Below, one piece after another: positions 12,483 to 26,141 of a stretch of 64,000 nt of DNA. The DNA is from Lama glama (Eukaryota), in assembly GCA_028534125.1 (NCBI GenBank), contig CM052816.1, forward strand, positions 47,184,001-47,248,000. Direction: 5' to 3'. The notes under the pieces are model-generated. The model saw only the letters and a list, made by a program, of their open reading frames with translations. It searched no databases and had not been told where the DNA came from. Position numbers and translations under genes: made by a program. The stretch's first letter is position 1. Each line of letters opens with the position of its first letter.

Positions 12483-14397
12483 CTGTCAGTTGCTTGACTA
12501 TATAAAAAATTTCAAATTCTCACCTGGAGGAGATTCTGTCTTGGAATTTAGTTTCAGTTTGCCATATTTTTTCAGGACCAAATGTTGACATCATTTAGCT
12601 ATTGTGTACAATGATTGACTTTTGAATGACTTGTAGAAACTTAACTGACTGAAACAGAACTTCAAAATAACACGGTTCCTGGTGCACTCTACCAGCTAAC
12701 CTATGACTCTTGGGCATGTGTGTGTGTTTATTTTAACCTCATGGCTAGTACAATTTGTAATAATTAAGAGGTTTTTTTTCTCCTTTCATATCAATGAAAT
12801 TAGACAAAGATAAGGAACAGTAGAACTGAAAGATAAAAACTAGCTTAACCATCTCTCCCTCTCCCTTGCCTTGCCCCCACCTCCCATTTTATAGAGGGAA
12901 GAATCTGAGGTCTAGAAATAGACAGTGACTTACCTAATGTAACAAATTTGGCCCAGTCTGAACTGTAACTCAGATCTCCAGTTTTGAAATTTAAGCTCAT
13001 ATTTTGATAACTTGATCTGAAAAGTTGAAGAGAAAGTGTAATTAAAATCCTTAAATTTATAATTGTGCCAGAGAAGCTGAACATGAACCTATTCTCAGTA
13101 TTCTGTAATACTAAAGCCAGCTCTAAAAAGGTAGTTTTAAGATTAGGTAAAATGTCACTTAAGAGAATGTCACCAGGGGCCAAGTAGTTGACTCTCCATT
13201 TTGGTATTGCTTTTATTTCTGAGTTAATTACTAACCTCTGGGCTTTAGCTTTCCTGGCTGTGAAATTGATAAGGTCTGTATATGCATGGGTGGGCAATGC
13301 CTGGAATCCCTTCAAAAGAAAGGGTTTAGTCATTCAGTGAAGTGAATAAGGGCTGAAATTATTTAGGATTCAGCTTAGTTGAATTGAGATCTTGCGCACT
13401 ACTTGGGCTATAATGAAAAGAGAGTAATACTTGAACTCAGAAAACCCAGATTCTGCCCATTATTAATTATACGAACTTAGCAAAATCATTCAACTTCGAT
13501 AAGAATTCCAATTTCCTTCTAGATAAGAGACTTGGAACTTGACGGGAATTAAAACACCTTTTAACTCTTATATTTATGATTCTGTGACTTCACCGAGGAC
13601 TTTTTCAGAATTTTCAGAAAGTTTCTGATGAAGTAAAATTGTATCTGATTTCCACTCTCCTTCCCACCCCACTTTGGTTTCTCAGGTTTGATTTTTTTTT
13701 TTTTGTTAATTCTCCTTTTCATTTTTTAATGTATCATGTAGGTAATACTTAGAATTTGTCGATATGTTTGACCAAGTATTTCACTACTGTCTTAAAGGCT
13801 AAAACAGGGTGGAAAACAAAGCCTTGGGACACTTTGATTTTATTTTTGTTTTAATTGATAAAACTCCTATGATCCAGACTAAAAATACTGAGTATTCACT
13901 CTTAATTTTTTTGCTATCATGTTGTGAAAATGGATAGTCCGTAGAAAATTTACTGAAGGAATAAAACTTTGTTTTATTATACTTTTCTCTTTGAAAATTA
14001 TAGAACATCTAATCAGATGGCTTTCCACACAAGTTAGTGTGATTTGTGAGAGAAAAACAGATTAGAATTAACTCCTGGAATTGTAGGAATCTCATGGCTT
14101 GTTTTATCTATATAGCATACTGTGGAAACTTCTACCGATGAGATTGTGCTGTTTGTGTTGATAAAAAAAAAAGTTTATGAACCTCTGCCTTAATCAGAAT
14201 TAAGGAGAAAGTTTTCTTTTGAGGGGGTAAGGAGGGATGTTGGGAAGAGATAATGTGGTAAATGTTAGAGGAGAAATATATGTAATATGTTCAAAGAGTT
14301 ATACAGAGGAAAAGAAATTGATTCAAATGAGGGTGGGGGGCGGGCAGGAGTCATGTAATAGGTGACTTTAACTGAGTTTTGAAAAGTGGGTTAGGAC

Positions 14398-14570
14398 ACT
14401 AGTTCTTAACTTGAAATGCTTGAGATGCTCTCAACCTGTGATGCTAGAGGATTAAAATGCTTATCTGGGCTCCATTTTTGGAGGGGTGGAGTTTCAGAAT
14501 CTAATTTTTAATGTGTTTTACTGGTAAGTCTGAAACTGGTAGTCCTTAAACCTCACTTTGAAGGAACTCT
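14398..14570. mobile_element. MER5-type hAT-Charlie MITE
   Basis: tagttcttaacttg...gtttcagaatctaattttta...cctcactttgaagga pattern. Confidence 0.5.
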
Positions 14571-14629
14571 AATGCAGAATTTAGAAACTTTGGAGATATT
14601 GGAGTATTTGTGCTGAGTGATAATCAGAC

Positions 14630-15755
14630 ATGTGTAGTTTGTTGATATGGTGGATTACTTTAATTGACTTTTGAATGTTGAACCACCCACAGATACTTGG
14701 AATAAATTCCACTTTGTCATGGTGTATAATTCTTCTTGTATGTTGTTGGATTTGACTTGCTAGTATTTTGTTTAGGATTTTTGCACCTATAGTCATGAGA
14801 GACACTGGACTGTAGGATTTTTCCCCCCTTGTAATGCCTTTGCCTGGTTTTGGTATTAGGGTAATGCTGGCCTCAGAATGCGTTAGGAAGTATTTCCTCT
14901 GCTTCTGTCCTCTTAAAGAGATTATAGAGAATTGGTATAATTTCTTAAATGTTTGGTAGAGTTCACCAGTGAATCCTACTGGGCTGGGTGCTTTTTGTTT
15001 TGGAAAGTTATTAATGGATCCAGTTTCTTTAATAAATACAGGCATTTCAGAATATGTATTTCTTATGTCAGTTTTGGCAAATTTATCTTTCAAAAAATTG
15101 GTTCATTTCACCTAGGTTATAAAATTTGTGGGCATAAAGTTGTTCATAGTGCTCCTTTATTATTCTTTTAATGTCCTTGGATCTGTAGTGATATTCCCTC
15201 TTTCATTTCTGATATTAGTAATTAGTGTCTTCTCTTTTTTTCTTAGTTAGCTTGTTCAAAGACTTACTGATTTTATTGTTCTTTTCAAAGAACCAGCTTT
15301 TGGTTTCATTGATTTTTCTCTGTTGGTTCCATCTTTTCAGTTTCATTGATTTTTTTTTCTCTGATTCATATTATTTCTTTTCTTCTGCTTACTTTGGATT
15401 TAATTTGCACTTTTTCTTATTTCTTATCCTTAGGTGATTGATTTTAGATCTTTTCTAGTATATGCATTCAGTGCTATTAATTTCTCTCTAAGCACTGCTT
15501 TTACTTTACCCCATAAAATTTGAAGAGTTGTGTTTTCATTTTCATTTAGTTTAAAATATTTTTAATTTCTCTTGAGATTTCCTCTTTGATCTATGTGTTA
15601 ATTTAGAAATGTGTTGTTCAGTCTCCATGTATTTTGAGATTTTCTAATTATTTTCTGTTACTGATTTCTAGTTTAATTCCATTATGATCTGAGGGTAGAC
15701 ATTGTACAATTTCCATCCCTTTAAATTTGTTAGATGTTTTATGGCCCAGAATGTG
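14630..15755 (-). mobile_element. L1 ORF2 internal fragment (reverse transcriptase region), decayed
   Basis: ORF 14581..15093 encodes L1 RT motifs GFTGELYQTFK, EASITLIPKPGK, KILNKILA and WFNIQKSIKVIHHINK. Confidence 0.92.
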
Positions 15756-16319
15756 CAGCTTGAAGGATGGATTCTGGTGAGGTTTCATCAGTTAACCACA
15801 TAGTGGCAAAGATTTGGGTTTCTTCTTAGTTCTCTGACTTTTCCACTACTACTTTCCAAAATAGGCTTAGTTCAAATAGTGGTAGAGACTATTCTCTTGG
15901 TTACCATTTGGTTGATTGAAGATTTACTCTTAAAATTATTTATATTTTGGGTGTTGACCACTTTTTAGATAATTAATTTGTTTGCTCTGGGATAAAAGCT
16001 TAAAGCAAAATTAAGTTGATTTTAGAAAATGAGAAGATATTTTCTATAATGGTCATTTCTAAAAGAGAATTTACTGTTTTCTTACTGCTGTGCCATGATT
16101 TTCCCATGTTACTAAGTCAAGAATGAACACCAACTTGCCTCAGAGGAACTTTGAAGAAATAAACCTGTTCTGTAAACTGCCTTCCTACTCTTTCTATACC
16201 ACTTATCCTTGAGTTATGGGGGAAAAAATCTTAAAGTCTTGGTGAAATGAACATTCTCTTAGTTTTGATTGAACTGAGTATGCCTTTTGTTCCACCAGAT
16301 ACTTAAAAGTCATGCTCTT

Positions 16320-16620
16320 TCTTCAAAAGTATTTATTTGATCTTTCATTTATTGTTTATTAAGCACCATCTTGTATGTCATGTATTGTTTTGGCAACAGG
16401 AATGTAATTGTTTATAAAACAGACATTCCTACCTTTATGGAGTTTATGTTTTATTAGAAGAGTCCGATGATAATCAAATAAAACATAATATATGTTAATT
16501 GTTGTAAGTGCAACAAGGAAAGATAAAACAGTAAGGGAATAGAAAATGATTGGAGTGGTTAATTTAGGTAGAGTATTTATGGAAAGCCTCAATGAGGAGG
16601 TGACAACAGATTTGAATTCA
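16320..16620 (-). mobile_element. L2 3' fragment
   Basis: tcatttattgtttattaagcaccatc...ggaaagcctcaatgaggaggtgaca. Confidence 0.6.
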
Positions 16621-16684
16621 TATATGTATGTGTGTGCACGTATATATATCTGTTTGTGTGTGTGTATATACACACACATACACT
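16621..16684. repeat. Compound (TA/TG/CA)n microsatellite
   Basis: tatatgtatgtgtgtgcacgtatatatatc...tgtgtgtgtgtatatacacacacatacac. Confidence 0.85.
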
Positions 16685-19600
16685 CAGCCTATATACTTGG
16701 TATCTTTGAGTACATATTTATGAATGGCACCCTAAAAAAGTATTATAATGTCAAGCATAAAGCTTATAATGTCTTTAGCTATAGTATAAATCTTTCAGTA
16801 AAGTTATATATAATCTTTCCATACAGTGAACAGAAAATTGTTTTTTAAAACACTACATATTAGTAGATGATATTGTATTTTATTTAATAAATTGCATTTT
16901 TTGTGCTTCATAATTTTGGTCTTTAAGTATTTGAGTTCTTGAGAGGATACAACTTAGTCACTCAGAATATCCTGATTTTTACATCGTATCTTTTACTTAT
17001 ATAAAACAGATTTATTAATTCTGTTGTTAAAGTAGAATTAAATATCTTTTATGTTCTGACCCTAAACAAAAGGTTTAGAAAAACAGTTTCAGCTTTTGAT
17101 ACTTTGATGTTGAAGTGCTTAGTGTCTGATTATGTTTTATTTATTTAAAAAAATTTTTAAGATATTATAAAAACCAATCTGCTCAAACATGCGTATCTTT
17201 AAAAATGACTTTGGGAAAAGTACAACAAATAGATGGCATTGAAAGTCTGCTTGAACTAGAACTAGATGACCTCCATAGTTTGTTTCAAGGTTCTATGGTT
17301 CTGAATATGTGTCTTTGAGAATATTGTGGATGTACATTTAGTTGAATGTACATTGAGGGAACAAAGGAGGGAATCTTCAATTTTACGAAGTTTAAGAAAA
17401 GTTTCACAAAGGATCAATTAGACTAGGTCTGTAAGGGTAAGTGGAAGTTTGTCAGGTGGATAAGAAATTGAATTTTATTTTTTTCTCAATAACAATAATA
17501 GCTACGTTTATTTAGCAGTTAATAACTATCTATTCCACTTACATTGATTAAGTCCTTTTGAAATAATTCAGTTCTTGGGTTTTTTTCAGCCTCCTTCTAT
17601 TTTTTGTTTTACATCCATGTTTTACCTACTTTTTTTTTTCAATCTCTATTTTACAGAGTAGAAATGGAGGCACAGTAAAACTAGAGTCACTCATCCAAAA
17701 TTATACAGCTGGTGGTGGTGGGATTTGACTTCTAACTCAGGCTGTTAGGCCACTCTACTGTTGTGTCAACCTTACTATTTATCTTTGATAAGGTTTAACT
17801 TATGAAAGGATTGAATTTCAAAGATATTTTCCTACAGACATAATTATAAGTGGTAATTATAGTTTTAGAAAATCCTTCCCAGCCTAGTTACTATCTAATT
17901 TTGCATCTTATATAGTGTTAGAGAAACTACTACTGTCATGTGTAGCACTAATGATTGGCATTTCTCAGATGCTAGATACACCCGACACTGCTGCAGTGAG
18001 TCAGAGTAAGGATTCCCTTATATTCCTTCCACATGAGCTGCTTTCAGAATTAAGGCACTCCTTCCTACCAAACCATTAATTTCCTTTAAGCTTGGAGATG
18101 AACTTCTAGTAACCCTGATGAGGTGAGGAGCAATTAGAGAACTGGGGATGTAGACCTGTGGTGAATTGAAATTTCTTATCAGTGTAAGCATTCAGTGTGT
18201 CACATGTGTTCCGAGCCTGTCTCACTGCCCAGTTTCCTGAGGGCTCTAAGGATTGACTTGTTCCTTTTCTTTCCACTTGGATTCCACTATAGTTTGCAAC
18301 CAGAACTATGTTTCCTCCCTGAGTTGCAAAGAAGAACATAAACCTTCTCTTCTTTCCCATATGTTCAGTACACACAGTAAAGATTTTACTGCTAGAAGAA
18401 TTTGCAAAAGTCATGTAACTTCTGGCTGACCATAAACTAAATAATTATCTAGCTAGCTAGCTATTTATTGTAAAGATCCTCTAAGGAAAAAAAAAATAGA
18501 AGCACTAGATGATAATGATGAATCTTCGCAATACATTCTTGGAAGTAGAGAGATTTGGATTGTGAAGAAGAGATGAGATGGAAATACTAAGGGGCATTGA
18601 AGAGAGAAAGGGAGACTTTTCTCCACCAGTGAAAATCACTGATGAAGAAGGAACTTCAACAAGCTGTTCTGCTCCATATTATAAATACATGATTCTAGAC
18701 TGCCATCAGTTAATGTCCTGGTTAAGGCACTTTTACTGCTGTTGCTGTTTTTCTCTTTTAAATAAACTTACACTTTTATCTTTGTGATAAATTGTAGAAG
18801 CCTTTTGAAATAGTAATCTGAGTTGCTTTTTTTTTTAATACAGTTTCAGTATCTGCCCTTTACACAGTGCTTAGCTGATTTTTGTTATCTTTTACCTGTT
18901 GATTGCCACTGTTTGCCTGTGTGCAGTGATCACTTAGAAAAAGCACTGCCATAGTTCCCTGCTTTCTTTTCCTGAAAAAAAGTCATACTGGAGGATTCTG
19001 CCCTACCAAAACTTCATTGACTGAAAGTTGACTAAGTATTTTTTATCATTTTAGAAGATTTTGGCCATTTTTATGGTGAGTATAAGTGAGTGATTAGAAA
19101 ATAGTTCAAATTCTTTATGATTTATGGGCATATGTATTTAAGCGTAAATGTTCCATAACTAGAATCATTTGTTTCTGGATACTGTCTTGTTCAAAATAGA
19201 AGCCATGCCTTTTTTTCCTCAAAAAGTTTTGCTTTTATTAGTAGTTAAATTCATTAGTAGAATTTTGCTTCTGTTTAAATCTATGCTTCCTGTCTCCTTC
19301 CAATGCTTTCCCCACTAGGTTAATTAAAATTAAGACAGTGACACCTCACTGTATCATTTATTTGTAGACAGTTAGGTTGTTTGGATAGGTCAGATGTTTC
19401 ATGTTGAATACATTAATCTTTTCCTAATCCAATTTTTAAGACAAAAAGGACGTGAAAAAGAATCTGGATAACTGCAGTTAGAATTAATTGCCAACAAAGT
19501 ATGTTTTCCAGTCAGGAGGGACAGATGAGAAAGCTTTGCTAAAGTTCCGTCGTGTAAGTAGTAACTTTAACTGAGACATTAGTTCTTTAAAACTATTTCC

Positions 19601-21832
19601 TAATTTGATTTCAACAAACATTTATTGGCTACTTGATTTTGATAGTTTCTCAGTCATTCCTCTCAGAAGTTGTTAAGGTTATCATGGCTCTTTCTCTTGA
19701 TAGCTACTAAAGTTTTTTTCAGATCATAAAGTGAATCACTTAATAAGAGAGAATTGGCTAGGTATCTCAGAAAATTTTTAAAAAATGACTGTAGGACTAT
19801 TGGCATTCAGAAATCTCCTGAGAGAAACTCCTGCAAACTGCTAGTCAAGGTGAGAATGCTGAGCAGTGGGCTAGGTGTACTCCTTTACTTTAAGTTGGAA
19901 CTCTGATTTCCTTTCAAATCTCCTATAAATGTTATCTTATTTAATTCTTAAGAGGAAGGGATAATTATTCATTCCTGTTAGCAATACCTGCATATCATAG
20001 GCTTTGATGATGGCTCAGAAATGGTAAATATGTGAATGCCAACAATCCATTGTTTACTTAATTAAAATATTATACCCATCATCAATAAGGTCTTTTACAA
20101 TTTTGGAGATCATTTGCCAACTCTTGTCATTTTGTGGGTAAGGAATGAGTCCCAGAGAAGGCTTGTCTAATTGCTGTACTATTGCTAGTTAGTGACAGAA
20201 CTACCTCGGTTCTAGTGTGTTTAATTATTCAACATATTAAAATATTCACAATGGATGCATTTTTTAAGCAGTTAACATTATGGGTGCATGTTCAGTTTTC
20301 TTGGCTTTTGTATATGGCTTAAAATTTAGAGATAAGCTGAAGTTTTTGTTTTAAATTTGTTTAATGAAGCTTTGTGCACTTACCGAAGTTATAAATTTTA
20401 ATTTGTTTGAAAGAATTTGCAACACATATTGCATTAAATTGAGAGGATTATCTTGTAATAATAGCTATAACTCTTCCTCTGAGGTATGTAAAAAGCACAG
20501 TATATCGTCTTTTAATCTTAAATTGAAAAATTTTCTTCTTTATGCTAAATAAAGTTCAATGTTCGACACATATGGGAACCTGAATGTAGTGAAGAACAGT
20601 GGGCAAATTTATACTTTATGCTTTTATCCTTTTATTTCATCTAAAATGTAAATACTCCACTTGTATTGAAATCCTGCCATGTAAGGCACTTTCCTGGGAG
20701 TAGGACTTGTACTGTAGAAATGAGATGAATACAGTTTTTAGTGGGAGAGGAGAGACCCTTAAATCACAGCTGAGCATGATAAAGGCTATTTTTGGAATTA
20801 CACATGTTTTTTAGCAAGGAAGGTTTCCTAGAGGAAGTGAATGTTGAGGAATGAAGAGGAATTGATTTGAACAAGCAAGATGATTTGCACATGTCAAATA
20901 TAAATTTATTAGTTTTGACTAATAGCTATTTTGAATATAGATCTGTAGAGATATTTTCTATAATGTCAGAGAATACTCTTGCAGTTAAGAAAGAGTGGCA
21001 GAAGTTAGGGATGTGTTCTTCCATTGAACCTTTTGTTTGTTACTTATCAGTATTATAATGAAAAATTTATGTGTGTTTTGGCTAGAGATAAAGTAGCTTA
21101 TTAACATCTTTAAAAATATTTCATTCTTCATCAACATTTTAATGATGATATGGTATTGCTTTATGAGATACTGCATAATTTATTCAACCCACTGTAACTG
21201 GAAAATTATCTCTTGAAATAAACAACTATTAATTTCAACATTAATATGTTAAAATGGCTTATGAATTATATTTAATTAGAATGTCCTCTATTCTTGTGAA
21301 AAAGTATCTTTATCCTTGCCCTCTATTTGTTGTTGGTCTTCCACTTTGCCTTATCAGTTTATATTGAAGAGAATATCTTAGGTTTATTTCTAAGTTTAGT
21401 CAAATTCTGAAAAATGGCTTTCTTTTCATCATCTCCAGCAGAAAGTCAGGAGCTGCTGTTTTTGAATATAGTTATGTCAAATTCATGTGTTCTACTATGT
21501 TGTAGGTCTAATTAAGATATTTAGGTTGCATCTAGGCATTGTATTGAGAGTTTGTAGTTTTTGACCTTAGTTTTAAAGTACATTAAATTTTTTATTCTGA
21601 ATCAGGAAATAGTAAAAATTTCTGCTTGTTCTGTTTACTTTAAAGAAATTAAAAATATACTTTGTGCTGCAAAACAATGATGTTGGCAAACCAAACTAAT
21701 TCTGTAAACATTTAAATTTGAAAAGCTATGTGTTTTGAGTTCAAATCATAGTTGTTGATAATTGCATTTTTCAATTCCCTTTGTATCATCTCACCATCTA
21801 TGTATATTATATATACCTTTATTTGTAGTAAT

Positions 21833-21905
21833 AATTTGAGCTATATGAAATTGCTGTTTTGTAGGTCAGAACAGCTAAATACCTGATTTCATAGGATTCA
21901 ATCAA
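21833..21905. mobile_element. MADE2-like mariner MITE
   Basis: About 75-bp imperfect palindrome ttgagctatatgaaattgc...gatttcataggattcaa with the central tttgtaggtca motif. Confidence 0.7.
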
Positions 21906-22439
21906 CAAGTCTTTATTAAATATCAACAGGTGACTTTATCCGAATTCTTTGACTGTTTTCTTACCGACATCTTTTGTTTTTTCATTTCATTTGTTTAGCA
22001 AAGCCCTCCTTTTCTTATGTTTAGGTCTGTTTATTGTGTCTGTAAGAGCTGGAGCTGTGGTGTACAACCAGATAAAAGGCCATAATAACCCATATAATCA
22101 GCCCTAGGATTCTGGAAATATCTATGGGGAGTAATTTTCCTTGCTTTTTCATGATTATTTTATGCTTTTACTTGCTTTGGCATTGTATGGAAGAATTTCT
22201 TTTCTGGTTGAAATTTAGACAACCCTCAGTTCTCTTGAAGAACCTCTTGGAAGTAATTGTCTTTAAAAACACAGCTTGGGTCTGTCAGTCAACATGTTTG
22301 AGTTCATCAAACCTTTCTTCTCAAATTTCTAGACCTCCTCTCGGACACATTGCCAAGATCCTGACCTTGGTATGGTTATTCTTCAGGATCTCTCAAACTT
22401 TGTCCGCTTTGGTGCTTTCTTTGGCTCTCTTGGCTAGCT

Positions 22440-25400
22440 ACTTAACTGTTGTGCAGATTTAACCTCAAACTCCAGATCAGTCATTTCTCTGATGTACCTG
22501 AACTACTGAGTCATGCAGACTTGAATTGCTTGGCAGTCACTTATTCAGTTCTTATGTTACTTTTTTGTTGAACTTCTCAGGACTTTCTGCCCCTCTCCTC
22601 TTTTGTCTTACAGCTTAACTCCCCACCCCATCATGGTTCTTAGGAAATGATCTGAGGACTTTGGAATGATATATAATGTGCTTTCCAAAATGACTATATT
22701 CAGTGGAAAGCCAGATATCAAGAACCTTGAGCTGTTTTTTCCCCTACCCTAGTCACGCTATGTAACTTCTGAAGACCTCAGTTTTTAAATTTAATACAGT
22801 CTCTGCACCTATTTGTACCTCTGTTCAGTAGGACAGGGTCTTATAAAGTTTTACTTTCAACTTATGCCTTTAGTCTCATCTATTTCTGACTCTTAAGTGA
22901 TTAAATTCCCACAGTTAACTCCTTTCTAGATTATTTAACAGTCCCCGTATATTGATTCCTTCCCTTTTGCCTTAAACATGTACATTTTCCCCCTTATAAA
23001 ATGTATTTTTTATGTGAACCACTCTAGTAATTGTCAGAGATTCCTCTTATTGCTTAATTTTTCCAAGGAATAATTATGCCCATTATCTTGTCTTTACATA
23101 ATCACTTAAGTTTAATCCTTACCTACTGATACTTTTCTTGCAGAGATAATTATTAATCTCACGCCTAATGCCTTTTTTTCCTCTAAAAAAATCTTAGTTC
23201 TTTTAGATTTTGCTCTTGGTTTTGAAACTGTTTTAGTTCAGCTCTTAGGGTTTTGCTTGGACTATTTCAGTGGATTTCTAATTTAGCTCTTTACTTCCAG
23301 TTACTTTCAGCCCTCCACTTTATTTTTCCACTATAGTGGCAGGAATATCCTTCCAAAATATATTTGATTTAGTTACATTTAGGCTTAGGATCCTGTACTT
23401 ACTTCTAAGTACCTACAGGAGAGTCCGTTGTGTAGAACCCTTACCAAAATCTAGCCATGTGGAACTGCTCATTCTTTGAGCTCATGCCATGGACCTTCTT
23501 TGTACAAATAGCTGTATCTGTCTAAACTTCTGTTCCTTCCCTGTCTGACAGTGGGATACTACTTTAACCTTGTAACACTAGTTTAGATGTCACCTCTGTG
23601 AACAAGTCTTTCTCAGCTGTCTCATGTGGATTTAATCACTCCCTTTCTTGGAATGCTCCCATAACAGTGGGCACTGACCTCTACTCTACTGCTTATCACA
23701 TATTATTGTAGGTGCCAATGAGTGGTGGTTAACATTTTAAGAGTTTGATAAAATCAACACATGATAGAAGAAATGAGTTTTCCTTTCACCTTGAACATAG
23801 ATATGGATTGTTTCCAAGACCTAAGTAGACTAGACTGTAACCAAATCAGTAGTATTTACATAACAAAAGATAGACAAAATTTTAGATAGTTTTTTTCCCT
23901 ACAGAAATAGGATTGGAAAGTAGTTTTATCATTTGGAAGTCTAGAAAAACAGTTTAAATAACAAGGATTGAAGATGTTTATCCAGAACTATTTAGGGTTG
24001 AGAATATTTTACAGTCTAGAGGGCTGTTTTGTGTATTTTCTTCAGACTTCAGCACTGCCTGAACAAAGCATCCCTCATTGCTGCCTTTTGCACTAAGTCA
24101 TTACTTACCAAGCAGCTTGCTTATAGTTTTACTTCAGTAGTATCATTAAGACAGTAATCCAGTGGAGCACTTCGTGAACTTGAACATCTGATCCACTTGA
24201 TAGCTAGCTTATGTCTCACTGTAAATTAATTGATAAAACTCTTATAAACCTGATTATTGCCAGTCTGTCTCATGGAGATTGATTATACCAGAAAAACATG
24301 TTTTGTGTGTGTGTTCTGAATCGTGGAGGCTGCAGCCAAGGTGCTGTCCCTGGAAGGTGCTGGGACAAGGTGCTGGCGGAGGCTTGTTAGTCCAGTCCCT
24401 TGAGTTTCCTTCAGTCTACAGCTTTTCTGTCAGTGGCTCTAGGATTCTACCAGTCACCCAAACTAAGACACCCTGAAATAACCTTTGAGACATTTCCTGT
24501 CTTTTTCTGTAGTTGTTTTCCTTCATGTTCAGTCACACTCAAAGTTTGATTGGTTTTCTACTGATGTACTTATATTTTTGTTCTTTCCTTCCTAGTTTCA
24601 GCTGCTTCTACCTTAGTTTTAGGTTTTTCTCTTTAATTGCTCAATATATTGCTGTGTCTGATTTTCCTCGTATGTTACTTGCATCCTCCTACCCCTGCCT
24701 GTTAAAAGCCTACCTAGGTGATCTTTGTAACACCTCTGCTCAGTACATCCTCTTGGCTTTAAAGACTCTCAACAATCTAAAATTCTATCGTCATCTTATT
24801 TCTCACAATTCTTTGTCATATGCTAAAGTCTGCTTTGGTTGAGCTAGGCTTTTTGCTGTCCCATGGTTACTCTGTTCACATTTGTCATTTAGCTTGGAAT
24901 TCCCTTTCTTGACTTCAGTTTATTCATCTATATGAAACTTTTGTGTCCAGTTTTTTGAATTTTTATAACTCTTGTTCATAGTACAGTTTTGTACTCCAGT
25001 ATTCTCTTAATATATTTGTTGTTATCTAATATGATAATGTTGGATTGTAAGTTCTGTTAGGACAGATTGTTTTGTAGTAGTGTCATTCATTTCATCAGAT
25101 GTCAAGGGCCCTTCTGTGTGTAATTACTCTGAGTATTTGGGATATAATAGTCAGTGAAACAAAAAAGTCCTTTGCCACGTTCCTGGTAATAGCCAGGAAG
25201 ATATTGGATGTATGTTAGGCAGACAGCCTGTACTTGTTAATTAATTTTTTGTTTGCTTTTCCCTTTTATAGATATAAATAATTTTTATAGTGATGTAATT
25301 TGAATTTGTAGTTTTTTTTTAACATTGTTTGACTGAGACCCTAACTCATTTGTCACATAGTATATAGTGATTCTGTATAGTTCTTATAACCATAGTAAGA

Positions 25401-25940
25401 GAGCCTGCACCCCTTCTTCCTGCAGTACTGCTACTACCTGTGGTACAGGTCCTCCTTTCATACCTGGGCAGTTGTCTTAATGTTGCTGGGCTGTCCATCA
25501 TCCAATCTTTACATGGTATCCAGAGAAATTTTTCTTAAATATTGATCTGGTCATATTACTTTTCATGGGTTTCCTTATTGTTTTCAGATTAAATTCTAAA
25601 CCTGTAAGTTTTGCCCTTCAGTATCTGGTTTTGGCCTACTGTCATCCTGTGTGAAGCAGACATCACTGATGGCTCACCAGTGAAGTCCACTGAGTCTTGA
25701 CTTATGCTTGACCTTCCTCAGTGCTGTTTCACAGTTTTTCGCCTCTTTTTGCTTTGTTCTCATAGACTCCTCTGCCTATCCTCTCATCACTTTGTATTGT
25801 AAGGGTCCATTTACTGTCCTAGTGGACTGAATGCACATTGATGGCAGGGAGTGTGCTGTTTCTCCCTATTGTGTGCAAGTGATCTAGTGTTCAGCGCCTG
25901 TAGTTTGTTGCTCTATAGATGTTTAGTGAATGCACTGAAA
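22440..25940 (+). mobile_element. Cluster of degraded L2 fragments
   Basis: Pyrimidine-rich L2 ORF2/3' motifs, e.g. tatctggttttggcctac and ggcagggagtgtgctg...tttagtgaatgcactgaaatga; boundaries approximate. Confidence 0.45.
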
Positions 25941-26141
25941 TGACTTAGTGGAAAAAGCATTAGGTTGGAAATTAGGGGTCTGGATTCTGGATAAGTCCTG
26001 AGTAGTTCTGCGGTCTTGGCTATTTGGACCCTGATTTCCTCATTTGTAAATTGTTCAAAGATGGTTTGTTTAAATGCTCAAAATGTGAATTCAAAGTTTT
26101 ATGTGAGTCTAGATTGAAATAACAAAATTCACACCTTCTTT

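Noticed and set aside
12845..13333. 162-aa minus-strand ORF
   Set aside because: The C-terminus runs through MIR sequence (VTLGKSLSISRPQ); no recognisable domain.
14581..15093. 170-aa reverse-transcriptase-like ORF as a novel RT system
   Set aside because: Decayed, frameshifted L1 ORF2 fragment.
18293..18330. TTTGCAAC...GTTGCAAA inverted repeat and the nearby coding-looking ORF 18578..18787
   Set aside because: Short stem that could arise by chance; no recognisable RNA family or protein homology.
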